Assembly (NCBI GenBank): GCA_973895155.1
Contig: OZ316892.1
Span: 14,624,861-14,688,860, forward strand
Direction: 5' to 3'
Length of the DNA stretch: 64,000 nt
Source of the DNA: Marsupella aquatica
Taxonomy: Eukaryota; Plantae; Marchantiophyta
This document shows, one piece after another, positions 58,623-64,000 of this stretch (position 1 is its first letter; each line of letters starts with the position of its first letter). The position numbers were made by a program, and so were the translations under genes. The notes beneath the pieces are model-generated. The model was not told where the DNA came from. It did not search any database and saw nothing but the letters and a program-made list of their open reading frames with translations.

Positions 58623-61254
58623 CTGCTCTAACAGAAGGCTAGAGGCTTTCTATTTGAATAGTTTGCACCCGCAAGCGCATTGATATAATACACTGCCTGG
58701 GCATTGGTTTCCTGTTAGTCTCGTATATTTCACACTCATTTTGTTTTGCAGACTTCATTTGACTACTCAAATTCAGTCAGAGTGCTTTACAACATAAATG
58801 ATCCTAGCTACTGTAGTGTGCAACAAATTGAAGAGAATCTATTTTATCATTCAATCCACATTGGATTGGTATATACAGATATATGGGGGTAAGTTTACAA
58901 GGGCCAAAAGTGCATATTTTCACTTTTAATGATTACAGCTATTTTGCCTTATTAATCCTCCCAACCTTGATTGGGCTTCCCCCAAATCCCAACTGTCAGT
59001 GATTTCTTTTCTATGTGTTGAGGGAGTTAAACTGACTAAGGCCTCAGGGACAAGGGAAAATACATGGGACCCACATAATATTTTTATTTATAATTTCAAT
59101 TAACATAAATAACCCTAAATTACATTTAATGCCTTAATTTAAAGCTACCTTAAATAGCCCTAATTACAACCTACCATAGTACTACCTTAATGCTATCCTG
59201 GTGCAATAAATAAATAATTTTTAAAATTTTGTACCTGACTAACAAAATATTTTAGGGTGCTTGTGAGACCTTGAAATAATGTTGTGATGCAAATTTAGGA
59301 ATGTGTTAAGCATTTTGATGTGAACATTGACTTTGTAGCATATACATCTTACTAATAAAGCAGATTTTTGTTTTGGAAAACCCGACATTAAAGTTGTGAA
59401 GCACATCGTGCTATAACCAGAAAACAGTTTTTTATTACTTTGCCACTAAAGACATTCTAATTCACAATACTGTCACTGTTTTGTATATGGATAACAAGTT
59501 TACCAAGGTAACTAGGGGAACTATACACGGAAACTGTAGCATTTTTGTAAATATGAAAAAATAGTGGTAGTATTGTAAATTCAAATATCTTTAGTGGCAA
59601 TGTACTTAAAAGCTGAAATCAAAATTTTTGAAGAAAATTCTAAAATATGGGTAAGAGTTTTTGCAGATATTCCTACTACCAGTAAACCGGCAGAAGTGCG
59701 ATGTCAAGCTACTTTCCAGGACTACAATCTAAAGTGAAGAGTCTAGACCATAACTCTCAATAAGGACAATGTGCACATCTGATGTAGTAAGTTCCCATAG
59801 TGGTTTCCGTTACAAAATTTATGGTTTTAATTGAGTTGACTATCATTACCTAGACATTAGGGTTGTTAATTGTTTAGCTGGGTATAAATCCTATGGCACT
59901 CTCTTGTAAAGTGTTGTTTTTGTGCCATTGGACACCTCTACTGCAGGTTGTCCGTGTGTCCCCTTCCATGTTATGATTTCTCCTTTTGTGGCTCTGTACT
60001 ATACAAAAATGGCTGACTTGCTCTTGTAAAATTAATTAATTTTCTCTCTTTGTTCTAATAATATTTCAAGACGGAAATTAACTTTTCAAGAAACTAATGC
60101 CCGAATGAACCTCCATTTTGTCTATGAAACCCAGATTGACTGGCAAAGTTAGGATGCACTTGCTTAGAACATCTAAACTGACTCAGATAACACTGTTTCC
60201 AATTTTCACTGAATGTGACCTGTAAATGGTCTCCTTAGCGTTTGTAGCCAGTTTCAATTACATTATCAAACCACCTTGAACTTGAAAGACGTCAAGCCAG
60301 TACTCAGGATCACCATGACGCCTTGACTACTTTCTCCCCAAGGTCAAAGTTGTCAACTGCAATCCGCGACAGGTTCGTTTTCTTTTTGGTGTGAAAACGA
60401 CAATCACTATAAGCAGTCCATGGGAATGGGTAGGGACAACGTTCTCAGTCCATACTGGCTTTTGTTTCACTTTTCAGTATATACTTTTTGAAGTACAAAC
60501 AGGGAAGATAATATCTTTGCGTTGGGTTATTTCCAGAGTTAAAACACATCTATATTCGGTGCTCCAAACATGATGGTGGACTGATGGATGAATAGTCTAT
60601 CTATCTCAAAGCCAAAAGAAAAACATGCTCAGAAAACCAAACAGAATTGAGTTTTTGACTAGGTATGTCACTATTTTCAAATTCACGGATCGCAACGGTT
60701 GATCTTCGTAGGTATAAAAGTAACATGATAGTCTGTTGTTTGAAAGTGGATTGTGAAGAGTGGGGCACTTCAGTTCATTCATATCATTCATTCATCGTTG
60801 TTGTAGTTATGCAAACTAATACATTCCTCATACCATCGGTATCTCACTCAGGAAATTCCGAAGTCTTGATAAAAGTGTCTATGTGCCCTGGACTGACGCA
60901 AGCAAGCACAAGGCTCTTTGAGATCTGGGTCGGCTCGAATCCTGGATGGTGTCATATGGCTCTTGGCATTTCGAAGGAAAGTGGGTCGCATTTGATTTCA
61001 GTCCATTGGGAAACATGAGAAAAATTGCCAAGCTGCTGCTGTAGAATTTCTCCCTCGGATTTGAAATGGCATTGGAGCGTTCAGAGAGGCTGTCTGTCCT
61101 TCATTTGGATCATTTGCTGGTGCTGTCTTATCGTTGCGATTCGTAGGACGGTCACAGCTCCTCCCAAACTGTTCTCTCTCCAGGAAAGGGAACCGTCATC
61201 CAGTGCTGTTGTAAATTGTTCAAAATTTGAAAGCGAGAGGCGCACCTATTTGAC

Positions 61255-63642
61255 ATGGACTATGTGACTTTCACAATCATCGTAGACGACATTGTCTATC
61301 CTGATGGCCATACTGCCATGACCTGCCTCGGTGGCGGAGGTGGGAAACTTTGATTCAATTTGGTCACGTTTATCGTAGTAAATTCTTTGGCTAGCTCCTT
61401 TGTACAAGGTTGCTGCATTTTATGGTATGCTTTTTGGGATACTTAGGACGAGTTATCTATGTTAGAAGATTGCCATCACAAATTTACTTTCTGTTTATTT
61501 TGCCAACAAAATGAAGTAACTTGATGTGAGGTGCGTCTGAATCAGTTACGTGAAAGTGTAGAGCGACTATCCTTACTCCACGGAGAGCAGACTCACTCTT
61601 CAAGTTTTAGTCCTGTGTTCTTAGGATAGTGGCGCACTTGATGTGATAGAATTTATGATTCAAGAATTGCTCGTTACCCCTGTAGATTGAGCCAAAACAG
61701 TCATGTTGGTACTTACAAAGAATTCGAGCTGAATGATTGGAAAATGTCATGCAGGTACACAAACGGCTTTTGGTATGAAGCTCTGGTCGTCTGAGCAGGA
61801 AAGGTGACTTCTTAACGCTTACACATCGTTCGCCCTAAGGCGAGCCTCCCTGAAGATTGAAATGGGGTTGCTGTTCTATCATCTCACCAAAATTTTCAGT
61901 TCCGCTTCCTCAAGTTTTAGGAGTGCCATTCCGGGCACTAAAACAAGGAATCCTCAGCAAATTCAGCTTGTTTAGGTGTTTCATGATAGCAGGCCCGGCT
62001 TAGATTCACCTCTGAACTTAATTTTTCAATCGCAGATAAGCGCATGCTCGAGTTCTCCATGAAGCCTATGTTCTCTGTGTTTGTCTGCTTTAATCCATAA
62101 TCTATAGTCATCTAATAAATTCTAAAACTTGACGGTGAAGACCATAAGCACAATAAACACACGCAGAAGCAAGATAGGATAAGCAATTGGATGAATCAAC
62201 AGATGGACGAAGGAAGAGTATTTTTACTGTTGTGATAAAGCAAAGAAACCATCACTCTTGAATAGTGGAATCAGGGGAATGCAAATTGACATGAACAACA
62301 AAAAGGTTGGCCTTCACATGCACTCTCTTCTGTGGTGCAGGGTTGGGCTAGCAGCGCGTATAGGTTCAGATTTCCCCTCTTCGTGTAAAACCTGGCTCGA
62401 AGACATGGAAATTGATGTGTCGGGCCTCCTACTGTGGCCCTATCCAACACTAAGAGCTTGGCAGGTTGGGGAAAACTTTCATTGCTCACTGGGAGGATAT
62501 AAGCCTCCTGGAATACTTAGTGTCTTTAACTTCAATCCAACCCCTCGACGTAACGGTACTTTGATGGCTCTGACGTTCTATCGCATTTTTAACAAAACAC
62601 AACAGTCACCTCCCTATCTTGCAGTACTGGCTTAGCGATGTACGAAATTAGAGGTGCATTGACAAGAGACTAAAGGAGCACTAAATTTGTCCGTCTTGGT
62701 AAATTTCTCCAGTATTTTGATAGTTTGGGTTGGTGTAGAAAATTTCTGGGAACAATTTTGGAGATTTGTTTGACACAGCCCTTATACCCTCAACGTCAAG
62801 TGTTGCAGTCTTAGGATCTCTGTGTATATGTACTGAGGAACATGCCCTTTGAGTGGTAATTTGGACATGCGCGTTAAGATGGGATCTGCTTGTCTGACTA
62901 ACGCAATCTCCATGTGGCACCTTCCATGCCCTCTCAATTCAACATTTCATTGTGTGTCAGCTACTGGAGGATGACGGCCGACGTGGTCAGGTAATTGCTG
63001 TTCCTTTAGTTTTGTAATGATTGACAATGCAAGGTCCAGACCTGGAAGATCACCGTCGCAACTTCTCTCCTTTTTGTTAAAGTTCTTAAACTAACAAGTC
63101 GTTAGTGGCATGACATGAATCATTTAAACTTGCTACAAATCATAATTCTTTTGTAGGCTGTTCATTTACTCAGGTTTGGAGAATGGAGGTCGTAGAAGAT
63201 GTGTTGCGTTTACTTCGTCCATCCATCAAAGAGCTTCCTCTGGATTACAGGTGGGCTATCCACTAAACTACCTTTAAATGTCAATGCGCTTGCAGCCATT
63301 GACTCGAAAGAATTTACGTTCAGCGGATACAATTGCTTACTTAGCATATACTCTGGAAAGCCACGAAAAAGTTTCTAATGGTTCCATTGGCTCTATATTA
63401 GTACCTGTGCTAGATTCAGCTTTGTTGTGGCATCAGTCCCATGGGATCAGTTGTGTTTTACTCTGACTAACAGTTTACTTGGTGCAATCCTTGAATAGGA
63501 GCGCCCGTGCATACCATGCATGTGTTCACCCTAGCGGTCTTGATGTGGGCTTCATTCAAGAACTGAGAAGTTCTGGTGCGGAAGTTGTTAGCATCGAGCC
63601 CTATACCCAGGCCGAGACTATTGTGACCCGCACAGAGCTACA
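61255..63642 (+). CDS. PfkB/ribokinase-family carbohydrate kinase, 5' part (continues beyond the window)
   Basis: Exons 61255-61339, 61755-61803, 62341-62464, 62961-62990, 63174-63250, 63499-63642; all GT-AG and in phase. [57 protein letters not shown]...TLRAWQLLEDDGRRGQVWRMEV...LRPSIKELPLDYRSARAYHACVHP. The GG..AxG...VGLxxxIGxD pattern is the PfkB N-terminal signature. Confidence 0.85.
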
Positions 63643-64000
63643 GTAGGTTATTTTCTCATATTTGTCTTTCTTCCCGGGTTCAGCATTAACCCCACCATAG
63701 AGGGAGGGCACGGATCTCCTTACTTATTAGTTTTATATTCCTTTGCTTCTTTTGATTCAGTCCTAGGTAGCAGTGCAGGATTTCATCAAGCTTACTTCGT
63801 TGTCACTGTATAGAGTAAGCTTGTTCAGGGTGTAGACTGTTCAAATTAATGATCATAGAAAACTTGATCATCAGGGGTTGAGTTGGGTGTCTTTGCGAAG
63901 ATTCTTCATGAAGCTTGATATCTAATTGCCATTAATCGGATATTCGAATTCATTGTCAGGGGACTAGTCTCTGGAGGTCACATATTTTCACCAACTGAGA

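Noticed and set aside
58885-60050. Second MULE-like element
   Set aside because: Only short TTTACAAG/CTTGTAAA matches, with no extended TIR or TSD.

Overview
Eukaryotic nuclear DNA from a land plant. It is probably a non-seed plant (bryophyte-like) with organellar C-to-U editing; this is inferred from gene content and not proven. The first ~19 kb is a transposon graveyard: LINE remnants, a 976-bp long-TIR element with an 8-bp TSD, an LTR remnant, Helitron 3' ends with a minisatellite, a hAT transposase relic and a U6 snRNA pseudogene. Genes follow: a 4-exon TRAPP subunit TRS33/TRAPPC6 (-), tRNA-Ile(AAT) (-), an intronless P-class PPR (+), an intronless EXO70G-type gene (-), a PLS-E-DYW PPR editing factor (+), a malectin-like LRR-I receptor kinase with at least 14 exons (-) and the first six exons of a PfkB-family kinase (+) that runs off the window. 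The most unusual block is 39.2-44.6 kb. It holds a tandem array of ~90-bp hairpin units with tRNA-like A/B-box features, then an orphan last exon of mitochondrial HSP60, then a DYW PPR with five recently amplified 303-bp P-L-S triplets that differ at RNA-code residues. The receptor kinase has an AT instead of GT donor at a conserved kinase intron. All calls come from reading the sequence; no searches were run.
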